A stretch of 64,000 nt of DNA from Eubacteriales bacterium (GTDB taxonomy: Bacteria; Bacillota; Clostridia; Oscillospirales; CAG-272), in contig JAZORZ010000001.1 of NCBI GenBank assembly GCA_045656885.1, positions 12,366-76,365 of the forward strand. Reading direction: 5' to 3'. Position 1 is the first letter of the stretch, and each line of letters opens with the position of its first letter. Of the stretch, positions 27,279-37,554 are shown piece by piece. Made by a program: the position numbers and the translations under genes. The notes beneath the pieces are model-generated. The model was not told the origin of the DNA. It saw only the letters and a program-made list of their open reading frames with translations, and did no database searches.

Positions 27279-27307
27279 TTTACTTGGCGCAAAAAATGTG
27301 GTATACT
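27279..27307 (+). promoter_or_regulatory. Candidate promoter for uvrB
   Basis: TTTACT, 17 nt spacer, TATACT, with TGg extended -10. A/T-tract-rich DNA lies upstream. Confidence 0.4.
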
Positions 27308-27345
27308 GTAAGGTACGAGAAAATTTTGAAAGTGAGGTGCAAGGA

Positions 27346-29370
27346 TTGCAAGAGAAGCCGTTTGTGCTCAAAAGTGAATATTCCCCCACGGGAGACCAAC
27401 CGCAAGCGATTGAGCAGCTGACAGAGGGTATTTTGCGCGGCGAGAAGATGCAGACCTTGCTTGGCGTTACCGGCTCGGGTAAGACCTTTACCATGGCAAA
27501 CGTTATTGCGCGCACCAATCGCCCTACACTGATCCTCGAACCCAACAAAACCCTGGCGGCGCAGGTCTGCTCCGAGATGCGTGAGTTTTTCCCCGATGCA
27601 GCCGTTGAGTATTTCGTTTCTTACTACGACTATTACCAGCCCGAGGCGTACATTCCGGGCAAGGATATGTATATCGAAAAGGACGCCCTCATCAACGATG
27701 AGATCGACCGTCTCCGCCATAGTGCAACGAGCGCGCTTTTTGAACGCCGTGACGTCATTATCGTGGCATCTGTCTCCTGTATCTACTCTCTCGGTGACCC
27801 GAGCGAATATCAAGGACTCGTTCTTGCAATTAGGCCCGGAATGCCCATCGGCCGCGATATTTTTATTCGCAAGCTGGTTGCCAACAGCTACAGCCGCAAC
27901 GATATCGCCCTCAAGCGTGACTCCTTCCGCGTCAACGGTGACACAGTCGAAATTATCCCCGCAAACATGAACAACAGCGCATTGCGCGTCGAGTTCTTCG
28001 GCGACGAGATCGACCGCATTTGCGAGATCAATATTGTAACCGGCGAGCTCAAGCGTACACTCTCCTATGCCGCCATCTATCCCGCAACGCACTATGCCGT
28101 CTCCGACGAGAAAAGGGAAGCGGCACTTGCCGAGATCGAGCGCGAAATGATAGAACGTGTTGCCTATTTCGAGTCCGAAAATAAGCTTTTGGAAGCACAA
28201 AGACTGCGCGAGCGTGTTCGCTATGACCTTGAAATGCTGCGTGAGATCGGCTTTTGTTCGGGTGTTGAAAACTACTCCCGTGTGCTTTCGGGCAGAGAAC
28301 CCGGTGCCACACCGTTCACACTCCTTGATTATTTTCCCGAGGACTACGTCATGTTCATAGACGAGTCGCACATCACCGTGCCGCAGGTGCGCGGCATGAG
28401 CGGTGGCGACACGGCACGAAAAAAGAATCTTGTAGACTACGGCTTCCGCTTGCCGTCGGCATACGATAACCGCCCTCTGTTCTTTGACGAATTTGAACAG
28501 AGCATTCAGCAAGCGGTGTTTGTCAGTGCCACTCCCGGTGACTACGAAAACGAGCATTCCGAGCGCGTGGTCGAGCAAATTATTCGCCCCACAGGGCTTC
28601 TTGATCCCGAGGTCGAGGTGCGCCCCGTAGAAGGTCAGTTTGATGACCTGATGGGCGAAATTCGTGCACGTGTTGCAAAAAATGAGCGTGTTTTGGTCAC
28701 AACGCTTACCAAAAAGATGGCGGAGGACCTCACCGAATACTTTGAGGACAACGACATCAAGGTGCGCTATATTCACTACAACGTAGAAACAATGGAACGT
28801 ATGGAGATCATTCGCGACCTGCGTCTCGGTGTCTTCGACGTTCTTGTAGGTATCAACCTTTTGCGAGAGGGCTTGGATATTCCCGAGGTGTCACTCGTCG
28901 CTATTCTTGATGCCGACAAAGAGGGCTTTTTGCGTGCCGAGCGTTCCTTGATCCAAACCATCGGCCGTGCCGCACGTAATGCCGAGGGCAAGGTCATTAT
29001 GTATGCCGATACGGTCACACGATCCATGCGTGCCGCCATTACAGAGACCAACCGCCGCCGCGAAATTCAGGATGCCTACAACAAGGCAAACGGCATCGTT
29101 CCCAAAACCGTTGTTAAGGGCGTGCGCGATATTATTGAGGTTGGCTCCAAGGATGGGGAAGGCGTCCGCACCCGTGCAGGACTTGCCGAAAAGGCGAGCC
29201 GCAAGCTGACCAAAACCGAGCGCGAAAAGCTGATTGCCGAACTCACCGTCGAGATGAAAAACGCAGCTCAGCACCTCGAATTTGAGAAAGCTGCTTACCT
29301 GCGCGATGAGATCAAAAAGCTCCGTGAGGGTAAGATAGATGCCCCTCGATCTTCACGCAAAAACAGTTAA
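27346..29370 (+). CDS. uvrB: Excinuclease ABC subunit B
   Basis: [33 protein letters not shown], and the C-terminal UVR motif [14 protein letters not shown]. There is no ATG near the expected start. TTG 27346 (RBS gtgagg 8 nt upstream) is preferred, with GTG 27337 as the alternative. Confidence 0.9.
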   Translation: MQEKPFVLKSEYSPTGDQPQAIEQLTEGILRGEKMQTLLGVTGSGKTFTMANVIARTNRPTLILEPNKTLAAQVCSEMREFFPDAAVEYFVSYYDYYQPEAYIPGKDMYIEKDALINDEIDRLRHSATSALFERRDVIIVASVSCIYSLGDPSEYQGLVLAIRPGMPIGRDIFIRKLVANSYSRNDIALKRDSFRVNGDTVEIIPANMNNSALRVEFFGDEIDRICEINIVTGELKRTLSYAAIYPATHYAVSDEKREAALAEIEREMIERVAYFESENKLLEAQRLRERVRYDLEMLREIGFCSGVENYSRVLSGREPGATPFTLLDYFPEDYVMFIDESHITVPQVRGMSGGDTARKKNLVDYGFRLPSAYDNRPLFFDEFEQSIQQAVFVSATPGDYENEHSERVVEQIIRPTGLLDPEVEVRPVEGQFDDLMGEIRARVAKNERVLVTTLTKKMAEDLTEYFEDNDIKVRYIHYNVETMERMEIIRDLRLGVFDVLVGINLLREGLDIPEVSLVAILDADKEGFLRAERSLIQTIGRAARNAEGKVIMYADTVTRSMRAAITETNRRREIQDAYNKANGIVPKTVVKGVRDIIEVGSKDGEGVRTRAGLAEKASRKLTKTEREKLIAELTVEMKNAAQHLEFEKAAYLRDEIKKLREGKIDAPRSSRKNS

Positions 29371-29414
29371 AATCACTATACGTCCTACAAAATCAATAAA
29401 AAACAGGAGTTTTT

Positions 29415-32237
29415 ATGCCCAATCAAATCACCATCCGCGGTGTGCGGGTGCACAACTTGAAAAATATAGACGTCGAAATTCCGCGTGATCAGCTCGTGGT
29501 CATTACGGGACTTTCGGGCTCGGGTAAGTCCTCGCTTGCGTTCGATACCATCTACGCCGAGGGACACCGCCGCTTTGTCGAGTCGCTGTCGTCCTATGCA
29601 CGTATGTTCCTCGGTCAGCTGGATAAGCCCGACATCGATTCCATCGAAGGTCTCTCTCCGGCAATTTCCATCGACCAAAAGACTACCTCTCGTAATCCGC
29701 GCTCCACGGTGGGCACGGTCACCGAAATGTACGACTATCTGCGTCTGCTTTACGCTCGCATCGGCATTCCGCATTGCCCGATCTGCGGCAAGGAGATCCG
29801 TCAACAGACCGTCGATCAAATTATCGACCGTATCCTGACCTTTCCCGAGGGTGAGCGCTTTATGGTGCTTGCTCCCGTCGTCAGAGCGCAAAAGGGTATG
29901 CACGAAAAGGTGTTTGCCGATGCGCGCAAGCGCGGATATGTGCGCGTGCGCGTAAATGGAAATATGTACGATCTCTCCGAGGAGATCAAGCTTGATAAGA
30001 ACAAAAAGCACACCATCGATATCGTTGTTGACCGCCTTGTTATGCGAGAGGGAATCGCGTCTCGCCTTTCCGATTCGGTCGAGAATGCGCTCGGTGCAGC
30101 AGACGGACACGTGACAATCGTTACCGTTCCGCGCGAGGGCGAGCCCCGTGAGCTCGAATTTTCCCAAAACTACGCCTGCGAAGAGCACGGCATTTCTTTT
30201 GGTGAGCTTGAGCCCCGTATGTTTTCCTTTAACAATCCCGCAGGTGCGTGCGCGCATTGCGCGGGCCTTGGCGAAATGCAGACCATTGCAGTCAACCGCA
30301 TTATCCCTAACAAAAAGCTTTCTCTTTCCGAGGGCGCAATTGCCGTAAACGGCTTTAAGACCTTGGAGGAGGAAAGTTGGAACGGTCCTCTCTTTGCCGC
30401 TGTTGGCAAACGATTCGGCTTTGATATGGATACCCCCGTTGAGCAATTTACCGAGGATCAGTACCAAAAGCTTTTATACGGTACGGGTGACGAAAAATAC
30501 GAGGTCCACCGCTGGTTTGGCAAGGAGGACCACCACCAGCTCGTCAAATTCGACGGCATCGTTCCCATGATAGAAAACCGTATGAAGATGTACGGCAACG
30601 AATATTACGCGCAGTTCATTGAGGAAGCACCGTGTCCCGAATGTCACGGTCAGCGACTGTCTCCCACCTCTCTTTCTGTCACAGTAGGGGGGAAGAACAT
30701 TCACGAGCTTTGCTCACTTTCCATCGTAGATGCTCTTGATTTTGTCAATGCGATTGATTTGAGTGAGACCGAGGCGCAGATCGCCGCCGAGATCCTTAAG
30801 GAAATTCGCTCTCGCCTTGGCTTTTTGGTCAGCGTAGGGCTCAATTATCTCACTCTGTCTCGCAAGGCGGGAACACTTTCGGGCGGTGAGGCACAGCGTA
30901 TTCGTCTGGCAACGCAAATCGGCTCGGCACTCGTTGGCGTACTTTATATTCTCGATGAGCCCAGCATCGGTTTGCATCAGCGCGATAATTCCAAGCTGAT
31001 CGCCACCCTCAAACGCTTGCGCGATCTTGGCAACACTGTCATCGTTGTTGAACACGATGAGGAGACCATGGAGAGTGCCGATTACATTCTCGATATCGGC
31101 CCCGGTGCGGGTATTCACGGCGGTGAAGTGGTTGCCGCAGGAACACCCGAGGAGATCATGAAGGACGAAAAATCCATCACAGGTGCCTATTTATCGGGCA
31201 AAAAGAGCATTGATATTCCCAAATACCGCCGCCAAGGTAACGGTGCATTCCTGCACATCAAGGGAGCGCGACACAACAATTTGAAGAATATTAACGTCGA
31301 CATTCCGCTTGGTAAATTTGTTTGCGTTACAGGTGTTTCGGGCTCGGGTAAGTCATCGCTCATCAACGGCATTTTGCACCCTGTTCTTGCCGATAAGCTC
31401 AATCGCGCCATCACTTACCCCGGCAAGCACGATGAGGTCACGGGACTCGAACACCTCGATAAGGTTATCTGTATCGACCAAAGCCCCATCGGCCGTATGC
31501 CAAGCTCCAACCCCGCAACCTATACGGGATTGTTTACCGACATTCGTTCTTTGTTTGCTCAAACAAAAGATGCAAAAGCACGCGGCTACGGCGCCGCACG
31601 CTTCTCCTTTAACGCCAAGGGTGGCCGTTGTGAGGCGTGCGAGGGCGACGGCGTGAAAAAGATAGAAATGCACTTCCTGCCCGACGTTTACGTCACTTGT
31701 GACGTATGTAAGGGCAAGAGATACAACCGCGATACCCTTGAGGTGCAATACAAGGGAAAGAACATTTTTGAGGTCCTTGATATGACGGTAGAGGAGGGAG
31801 TGCGCTTCTTTGACGGAATTCCGTCCATCAGCCGCAAGCTCCAAACGCTTTATGACGTCGGTCTCGGATATATCAAGATCGGTCAGCCCGCCACCACCAT
31901 TTCGGGCGGTGAGGCACAGCGCGTCAAGCTGGCAACCGAGCTCTCAAAGCGTGCCACGGGCAGAACCGTCTATATTCTGGACGAGCCCACCACAGGATTG
32001 CACACTGCCGACGTTGCCAAGCTTTTGGAGGTTCTGCAGCGCCTTTGCGATGCAGGCAACACCGTTATCGTCATTGAGCACAATCTTGATGTTATCAAAT
32101 GTGCCGACCACGTCATCGACCTCGGCCCCGAGGGCGGAGACGGCGGCGGAACGGTTATCGCTACGGGAACACCCGAGGAGATTGCCGAGGTTGAAGAATC
32201 CCACACGGGTAAATATCTCAAAAAGTATTTCCAATAA
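29415..32237 (+). CDS. uvrA: Excinuclease ABC subunit A
   Basis: 940 aa. Two ABC modules ([14 protein letters not shown] and [13 protein letters not shown]), zinc-finger Cys pairs, and two LSGGEAQR signatures. Confidence 0.95.
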   Translation: MPNQITIRGVRVHNLKNIDVEIPRDQLVVITGLSGSGKSSLAFDTIYAEGHRRFVESLSSYARMFLGQLDKPDIDSIEGLSPAISIDQKTTSRNPRSTVGTVTEMYDYLRLLYARIGIPHCPICGKEIRQQTVDQIIDRILTFPEGERFMVLAPVVRAQKGMHEKVFADARKRGYVRVRVNGNMYDLSEEIKLDKNKKHTIDIVVDRLVMREGIASRLSDSVENALGAADGHVTIVTVPREGEPRELEFSQNYACEEHGISFGELEPRMFSFNNPAGACAHCAGLGEMQTIAVNRIIPNKKLSLSEGAIAVNGFKTLEEESWNGPLFAAVGKRFGFDMDTPVEQFTEDQYQKLLYGTGDEKYEVHRWFGKEDHHQLVKFDGIVPMIENRMKMYGNEYYAQFIEEAPCPECHGQRLSPTSLSVTVGGKNIHELCSLSIVDALDFVNAIDLSETEAQIAAEILKEIRSRLGFLVSVGLNYLTLSRKAGTLSGGEAQRIRLATQIGSALVGVLYILDEPSIGLHQRDNSKLIATLKRLRDLGNTVIVVEHDEETMESADYILDIGPGAGIHGGEVVAAGTPEEIMKDEKSITGAYLSGKKSIDIPKYRRQGNGAFLHIKGARHNNLKNINVDIPLGKFVCVTGVSGSGKSSLINGILHPVLADKLNRAITYPGKHDEVTGLEHLDKVICIDQSPIGRMPSSNPATYTGLFTDIRSLFAQTKDAKARGYGAARFSFNAKGGRCEACEGDGVKKIEMHFLPDVYVTCDVCKGKRYNRDTLEVQYKGKNIFEVLDMTVEEGVRFFDGIPSISRKLQTLYDVGLGYIKIGQPATTISGGEAQRVKLATELSKRATGRTVYILDEPTTGLHTADVAKLLEVLQRLCDAGNTVIVIEHNLDVIKCADHVIDLGPEGGDGGGTVIATGTPEEIAEVEESHTGKYLKKYFQ

Positions 32238-32247
32238 CAACACAAAA

Positions 32248-32276
32248 GCCATCGAGTTCCTCTCGGTGGCTTTTTC
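32248..32276 (+). terminator. Terminator after uvrA
   Basis: gccatcgag ttcct ctcggtggc followed by ttttt. Confidence 0.7.
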
Positions 32277-32355
32277 TTTTCGCATGCGCACGTGTGTACG
32301 AATAAATTAAGAGGTAGGGAAGCGTATCGCCAAGGGCTTTCATTTCTTGCTTTTG

Positions 32356-32392
32356 AAAAAAATTCAAAAAAATCGAAAAAATTTTTGAAAAA
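32356..32392 (+). promoter_or_regulatory. Phased A-tracts (UP-element / curved DNA) upstream of the ABC transporter promoter
   Basis: A7, A7, A6T5 and A5 tracts start at 32356, 32366, 32376 and 32388. The spacing is 10-12 bp, and the array abuts the -35. Confidence 0.5.
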
Positions 32393-32396
32393 CCCC

Positions 32397-32425
32397 TTGA
32401 CAAATTCACTTTAGCGTGCTAAAAT
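32397..32425 (+). promoter_or_regulatory. Sigma-A promoter for the amino-acid ABC transporter operon
   Basis: TTGACA, 17 nt spacer, TAAAAT, with TGc extended -10. Confidence 0.65.
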
Positions 32426-32475
32426 GATAAAGCACTAAAGTGCAGCAAAAAACAAACCCAAAGGAGACTAAAACC

Positions 32476-33366
32476 ATGAAAAAAATCACATCTATCATTC
32501 TCGCTCTTGTTATGATCCTCGCATCTGTTGCAGTATTCTCTTCCTGCAAAAAAGAAGACAACGGCCTCAATTTCGGTAAAGAGCTGCTTTCCGTCGGTTC
32601 TCAACTAGATGCTCTTAACGGTCTTGTTAAGGGAGACGCAGACATTGCCGTTATCGACTCTGTTATGGCGGGCTACTATATGAACGGTGTTGACACTTTC
32701 AAGGATTATCAAGTTCTCTCGGGTGTTATTCTTGCCGAGGAGCAATACGGTATTGCGGCAAAGAAGGGCAATGCTGCCCTTATCGGCAAGATCAACGAAG
32801 CAATCATCGCCCTCGCCGACACCGATTATAAAACAATCGCAACCCAATACGGTCTTGCAACCGAAACCCTTGTTAAAGCGGATACCGTTAACCCCCAAGC
32901 CGCTGCAACCGACGACTCTTGGAATAAGGTCGTTACCGCAAAAAAGCTGGTTATCGGCTACACCCTGTTCGCACCCATCGCTTACAACGACGGTGACGGT
33001 GCAGATGCAAAGCTTGTCGGTTTTGATATTGACCTTGCAAAAGCAGTTGTCGCTTACCTGAACGCAAAGTATTCCACCGAGATCGTGATCGAATTTAACG
33101 TGATCGATTGGAACGAAAAGGAAGCTTTGCTTGCAAACGGCTCTATCGACCTTGTTTGGAACGGTATGACCATCACCGACGAACGCCTTGCCAATATGGA
33201 AGTTTCGGTTCCTTATCTTGCTAACAAGCAGGTTGCAATCGTTAAAAAGGCAGATGCTGCTAAGTATGGCGCAAATAAAGAGGAGTTCATTGAGAAGACC
33301 GCTAACGCCATCATCATTGTGGAAAAGGGTTCTGCCGGCGAAGAACTTGTACAGCCCGTTGAATAA
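32476..33366 (+). CDS. Amino-acid ABC transporter substrate-binding lipoprotein (SBP_bac_3-like), apparently circularly permuted
   Basis: Lipobox VAVFSSC. Residues ~36-127 align to the C-terminal part of GlnH-type binding proteins (..LDALNGLVKGDADIAVIDS...EEQYGIAAKKGNAALIGKINEAI..Y..I..QYGL). Residues ~155-292 align to the N-terminal part (KKLVIG..FAP..Y....LVGFDIDLAKAV...IDW....LANGSIDLVWNGMTITDER....VSVPYL..QVAIVKK.....IIIVEKGSAGEE). Confidence 0.75.
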   Translation: MKKITSIILALVMILASVAVFSSCKKEDNGLNFGKELLSVGSQLDALNGLVKGDADIAVIDSVMAGYYMNGVDTFKDYQVLSGVILAEEQYGIAAKKGNAALIGKINEAIIALADTDYKTIATQYGLATETLVKADTVNPQAAATDDSWNKVVTAKKLVIGYTLFAPIAYNDGDGADAKLVGFDIDLAKAVVAYLNAKYSTEIVIEFNVIDWNEKEALLANGSIDLVWNGMTITDERLANMEVSVPYLANKQVAIVKKADAAKYGANKEEFIEKTANAIIIVEKGSAGEELVQPVE

Positions 33367-33416
33367 TTTTTCAAGATAGTTCACTTTCCAAATACTAGAA
33401 AAGGATATCTAATTTT

Positions 33417-34106
33417 ATGAATTTCTGGTCAGTTCTATATGACCTGTGCATGGGCTTCGGCATGACGCTGAAGCTCTTTGCGCTGACATTGGTTATTTCA
33501 ATACCGCTGGGACTTTTGTTCTGCTTCTGCTCTATGTCCAAATTTAAGCCGCTTTCTTGGTTGATGAAGGGCATTATTTGGGTGGTTCGCGGCACACCTC
33601 TTTTGTTGCAGTGTGTCATTGTTACCTTCATTCCTTCCGTTTTGTTGGAAATCCCGAACAAGGATTTTGCCGCAATGCTGAATTTGGATAAGATGGCAGA
33701 CCTGCAATTTATCTTCGTTCTGTTTGCCTTTTCCGTCAACTATGCCTGCTATTTCGCCGTTATTTTTGAGGGCGGCATCAAGAATATCCCCAAGGGACAA
33801 CTTGAGGCAGGGAAGGTTTTGGGCATGACCAAATGGCAGATCTTTTTCCACGTGGTTCTCATGCAAGTTGTTCGCAAGATCATGGCTCCCATGAGCAATG
33901 AGGTCATCACGCTTGTTAAGGATACCGCCCTTGCAAGAGCGCTTAGTATTTCCGAGATCATTTTGGTGGCTTACGAAAAGGTCAACAAGTATGCAGTCCT
34001 CTCGCCGCTGTTCTATGCAGGTGCATTTTATCTCGTGTTCAGCGGTGTGCTGACGCTTTTGATTCACCTTTTAGAAAAGAAAATTTGCTATTACGAGATC
34101 ACATAA
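33417..34106 (+). CDS. Amino-acid ABC transporter permease (His/Glu/Gln/Arg/opine family)
   Basis: 229 aa, about 5 TM helices. Includes the ...VVRGTPLLLQ... motif and an EAA-like loop (LEAGKVLGMTKWQIFFHVVL). Confidence 0.85.
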   Translation: MNFWSVLYDLCMGFGMTLKLFALTLVISIPLGLLFCFCSMSKFKPLSWLMKGIIWVVRGTPLLLQCVIVTFIPSVLLEIPNKDFAAMLNLDKMADLQFIFVLFAFSVNYACYFAVIFEGGIKNIPKGQLEAGKVLGMTKWQIFFHVVLMQVVRKIMAPMSNEVITLVKDTALARALSISEIILVAYEKVNKYAVLSPLFYAGAFYLVFSGVLTLLIHLLEKKICYYEIT

Positions 34107-34116
34107 GGAGGCGCGT

Positions 34117-34890
34117 ATGGAAGATAAAAAATATTTGGAAGTACGCGACCTGCGTAAGAGCTTTGGCAACGTTGATGTCCTCAAGGGAGTGGATTTTTCA
34201 CTGGGACGCGGTGAGATTTTGACCATTATCGGCTCTTCGGGTAGCGGAAAGACTACACTGCTTCGTTGCCTCAATTTTTTGGAGCTTGCCGATGCGGGCA
34301 GCATATCCGTTGCAGGCGAAAATCTGTTTGACGGTGAAGGGTTCAAAAAAGGAAGAATGAAAGAATCCGACCTACGCGAAAAACGCCTGCGCTTTGGGCT
34401 TGTATTTCAGTCCTTTAACCTCTTTCCGCAATACACGGTGCTCAAAAATGTAATGCTTGCCCCCAAGCTTCTCAAAAAGGGAAGCAAAGCGGAGCTTGAA
34501 GAAAAAGCTAAAAAGTTGATTGAAAGCGTAGGGCTTTCCGACAAGCTTAACGCCTACCCTTATCAGCTTTCGGGCGGTCAGCAGCAGCGTGTTTCCATTG
34601 CGCGCGCATTGGCACTTGAACCCGATATTCTTTGCTTTGACGAGCCCACCTCGGCACTGGACCCCGAATTAACGGTTGAGGTCTTGCGTGTTATCAAGGA
34701 CCTCAAAAAAGAGGGCAGAACAATGGTGATCGTTACCCACGAAATGGAGTTTGCAAAGAGTGTCTCTGACCGTGTTATTTATATGCGCGACGGCGTTATT
34801 GAAGCACAAGGCACCCCCGAGGAGATTTTTGATAACCCGCAAAACGAATACTTGCAGCAGTTCCTCAACAGTGGCAAGGCACTCGAATAA
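34117..34890 (+). CDS. Amino-acid ABC transporter ATP-binding protein
   Basis: Walker A GSSGSGKTT, signature LSGGQQQRVSIARAL, Walker B ILCFDEPTSALD, and H-loop VTHEM. Confidence 0.9.
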   Translation: MEDKKYLEVRDLRKSFGNVDVLKGVDFSLGRGEILTIIGSSGSGKTTLLRCLNFLELADAGSISVAGENLFDGEGFKKGRMKESDLREKRLRFGLVFQSFNLFPQYTVLKNVMLAPKLLKKGSKAELEEKAKKLIESVGLSDKLNAYPYQLSGGQQQRVSIARALALEPDILCFDEPTSALDPELTVEVLRVIKDLKKEGRTMVIVTHEMEFAKSVSDRVIYMRDGVIEAQGTPEEIFDNPQNEYLQQFLNSGKALE

Positions 34891-34904
34891 TCAAAAAACA
34901 GCGA

Positions 34905-34930
34905 AAAAGCCCCTTTTAGGGGCTTTTTTC
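34905..34930 (+). terminator. Terminator after the ABC transporter operon
   Basis: gcccct ttt aggggc followed by tttttt. Confidence 0.7.
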
Positions 34931-34971
34931 TGCTTTTCGGCACGGAATGCCTTACTTTTTCAAAAATCCAC

Positions 34972-35000
34972 TTGACAGCGCACACACGCACGTGTATAAT
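34972..35000 (+). promoter_or_regulatory. Sigma-A promoter for the aminotransferase-aro-met operon
   Basis: TTGACA, 17 nt spacer, TATAAT, with TGt extended -10. The leader is only about 40 nt, leaving no room for a riboswitch or T-box. Confidence 0.65.
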
Positions 35001-35046
35001 ATAATTAACTATGCCCATTTAGTATTTTGTATAAAGCGAGGAAGTT

Positions 35047-36240
35047 ATGGTAAACGAAAAAATGCGAGGACTCGGCGCCCATCGCTCGGTCATCAGAGAG
35101 TTGTTTGAATACGGCAAAAAGAGAAAAGCGGAAATCGGTGCCGAGAATGTGTTTGATTTCAGCATTGGCAACCCCAGCGTGCCGTCTCCTGCTATTGTCA
35201 ACGAGACCTTGACACGCCTTTTGCAAGAAAAGGACGCCGTTTCTCTGCACGGCTACACCAGCGCGCAGGGCGATGCAGGTGTCCGCGAGGCGATTGCCGA
35301 CTATATCAACGCCACCCACAGCGCTCATGCTGACCCCAATTTGATCTACCTGACGGTAGGTGCGGCGGCTTCTCTTACCATCTCTCTCTCGGCGCTTACC
35401 GAGGCAGGGGATGAGGTCATTCTGTTAGCCCCCTTTTTCCCGGAATACCGCGTATTTGTTGAGCGCAACGGGGCGGTTGCTGTTCCTGTTTTGTGCAATC
35501 AAAAAACATTCCAACCTGACCTCGATGCCATTAAAGCGGCAATCACACCCAAAACCCGTGCCATCATCGTCAATTCTCCCAACAATCCTACGGGTGCAGT
35601 TATGACAAAAGAGAGCATCGAGGGACTTGCCGCAATTCTCACCGAGGTGTCCAAAGAGAACGGTCACCCCATTTACCTCATTGCCGACGAGCCCTACCGC
35701 GAGCTCGTTTACGGTGACGTAGAGGTGCCGTATCTGCCGCATTTTTATGCAAACACACTGATTTGCTATTCCTTCAGCAAGTCTCTCTCACTCCCCGGTG
35801 AGCGCATCGGTTACATTCTTGTCAACCCCGATGCCACCGATGCCGTGTCCGTTTATCAAGCGGTTTGCGGAGCGGGCAGAGCACTTGGCTTTGTTTGCGC
35901 ACCTGCACTCTTTCAGTATATGATTCCCGCAGTCATCGGCAAAACAGCAGATATTTCCATTTACGATACCAACCGCACGCTGCTCTCCGAGGCGTTGACC
36001 TCTTACGGTTATGAGGTAGTCAAGCCCGACGGCGCATTCTATCTCTTTGTCAAAGCACTTGAAGAGGACGCAAAGGCATTTTGCGAAAAGGCAAAAGAAT
36101 TTGAGCTTTTACTGGTTGCAAGCGACAGCTTCGGTTGCCCAGGATACGTGCGCATCTCTTATTGCGTAACTACCGAGCAAATTCAAAAATCCCTGCCTGC
36201 CTTCAAGGCATTGGCAGAATCCTACCGCACGGAGAAATAA
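35047..36240 (+). CDS. Class I/II pyridoxal-phosphate aminotransferase (probable aromatic/aspartate aminotransferase)
   Basis: 397 aa. Motifs FSIGNP, NSPNNPTG, and YSFSKSLSLPGERIG (the PLP lysine motif). It is the first gene of the shikimate operon. Confidence 0.8.
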   Translation: MVNEKMRGLGAHRSVIRELFEYGKKRKAEIGAENVFDFSIGNPSVPSPAIVNETLTRLLQEKDAVSLHGYTSAQGDAGVREAIADYINATHSAHADPNLIYLTVGAAASLTISLSALTEAGDEVILLAPFFPEYRVFVERNGAVAVPVLCNQKTFQPDLDAIKAAITPKTRAIIVNSPNNPTGAVMTKESIEGLAAILTEVSKENGHPIYLIADEPYRELVYGDVEVPYLPHFYANTLICYSFSKSLSLPGERIGYILVNPDATDAVSVYQAVCGAGRALGFVCAPALFQYMIPAVIGKTADISIYDTNRTLLSEALTSYGYEVVKPDGAFYLFVKALEEDAKAFCEKAKEFELLLVASDSFGCPGYVRISYCVTTEQIQKSLPAFKALAESYRTEK

Positions 36241-36242
36241 AA

Positions 36243-37550
36243 ATGTCACAAGACATCAAACAAGAAGATTTCCTGATGCGAGCGCGAGCCGAAATCAACG
36301 AAGTCGACAAGCAAATGGCAACTCTTTTTGTGCGCCGCATGAAAGCCGCCGAAAGGATAGCCGCATATAAAGAAGAACACGCACTGCCCATTTTTGATGC
36401 CGCACGCGAGGCAGAGGTGATCGCCAATAATGCAAACCGCATGCTGACTCTTACCGATGATGCAGACGTGTGCAACTATTATCTAAACTTCATACGCAAC
36501 AATATGGCACTTTCGCGCGCATATCAGCACACTTTAACAAGTAGTGCCACTATGCACGTAGGAGTGGGAAACTACGACGTTTTCATTGAGCGCGGTGCGC
36601 TTGACAAAGCAGACAAGCTTTTCGCTCTTGACAGAAAAGTCCTCGTTGTTACCGATAGCGGCGTTCCCGCCGAATATGCCGCAAGAGTCGCAAAGCAGTG
36701 CCGTGAGGCACACGTTGTCACCGTACCCGAGGGAGAAAGAAGCAAGAGCATTGCCACCCTTCAGGTCTTGCTCGATGTCATGCTCAAAAACAACTTTGCG
36801 CGCACAGACTGTGTCATTGCCGTTGGTGGCGGTGTTGTTGGCGACCTCTCCGGCTTTGCCGCATCGATCTTTATGCGCGGCATTGATTTTTACAATATTC
36901 CCACTACGGTTCTTTCGCAGGTAGATTCCTCCATCGGCGGCAAGGTTGCCGTCAACTTTGGCGGGGTAAAGAACATCGTAGGCGCATTTTATCAGCCGAA
37001 AGCGGTCATCATTGACCCCGACGTGCTTTCCACACTTCCCAAAAGACAAATTGCAAACGGACTTGCCGAGGCCCTCAAAATGGCACTGACGTCCGATGCC
37101 AAGCTCTTTGTGCTCTTTGAGAGCGGAAAAGCTTTGGAGCAGATCGATACCGTTATCGAGCGCTCACTCCGCATCAAAAAATCGATTGTTGAGCAGGACG
37201 AAAAGGAAAGCAACCTGCGCCGCATTCTCAACTTCGGCCACACACTCGGCCACGGTATTGAGGCGGCAAGTGTGGGAGAACTCTATCACGGCGAATGTGT
37301 CGCGCTTGGCATGATTCCCATGTGCGCGCCCGACGTGCGCGCACGCTTGATTGCCGTATTGCAATCTCTCGGACTCCCCACACAAATAGAGGGAGACCTT
37401 GAAACCATTTTGCATTTTACTACACATGATAAAAAATGCGAGGGCGATGCCATCAACGCCGTATTTGTTGATGAAATCGGCTCTTGCCGCACAGAAAAAA
37501 TGCCGCTTGCGGATTGGAAAGCATACATTCGCGAGCAGATAGGAGGATAA
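36243..37550 (+). CDS. aroB: Bifunctional chorismate mutase (AroQ-type) / 3-dehydroquinate synthase fusion
   Basis: The N-terminal ~95 aa are LMRARAEINEVDKQMATLFVRRMKAAERIAAYKEEHALPIFDAAREAEVI (CM_2). The rest carries GGGVVGDLSGFAAS, TTVLSQVDSSIGGKVAVN and NFGHTLGHGIE (AroB). Start at ATG 36243, directly after the aminotransferase stop. Confidence 0.85.
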   Translation: MSQDIKQEDFLMRARAEINEVDKQMATLFVRRMKAAERIAAYKEEHALPIFDAAREAEVIANNANRMLTLTDDADVCNYYLNFIRNNMALSRAYQHTLTSSATMHVGVGNYDVFIERGALDKADKLFALDRKVLVVTDSGVPAEYAARVAKQCREAHVVTVPEGERSKSIATLQVLLDVMLKNNFARTDCVIAVGGGVVGDLSGFAASIFMRGIDFYNIPTTVLSQVDSSIGGKVAVNFGGVKNIVGAFYQPKAVIIDPDVLSTLPKRQIANGLAEALKMALTSDAKLFVLFESGKALEQIDTVIERSLRIKKSIVEQDEKESNLRRILNFGHTLGHGIEAASVGELYHGECVALGMIPMCAPDVRARLIAVLQSLGLPTQIEGDLETILHFTTHDKKCEGDAINAVFVDEIGSCRTEKMPLADWKAYIREQIGG

Positions 37551-37554
37551 AGAC

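Noticed and set aside
35001-35046. Search for a T-box, SAM riboswitch or attenuator upstream of the aro-met operon and of metY (42623-42663), and a SAM riboswitch upstream of metF (3269-3298).
   Set aside because: The leaders are only about 30-45 nt. That is too short for any of these RNAs, and none of their conserved cores (T-box AGAGA/specifier architecture, SAM-I kink-turn junction) is present.
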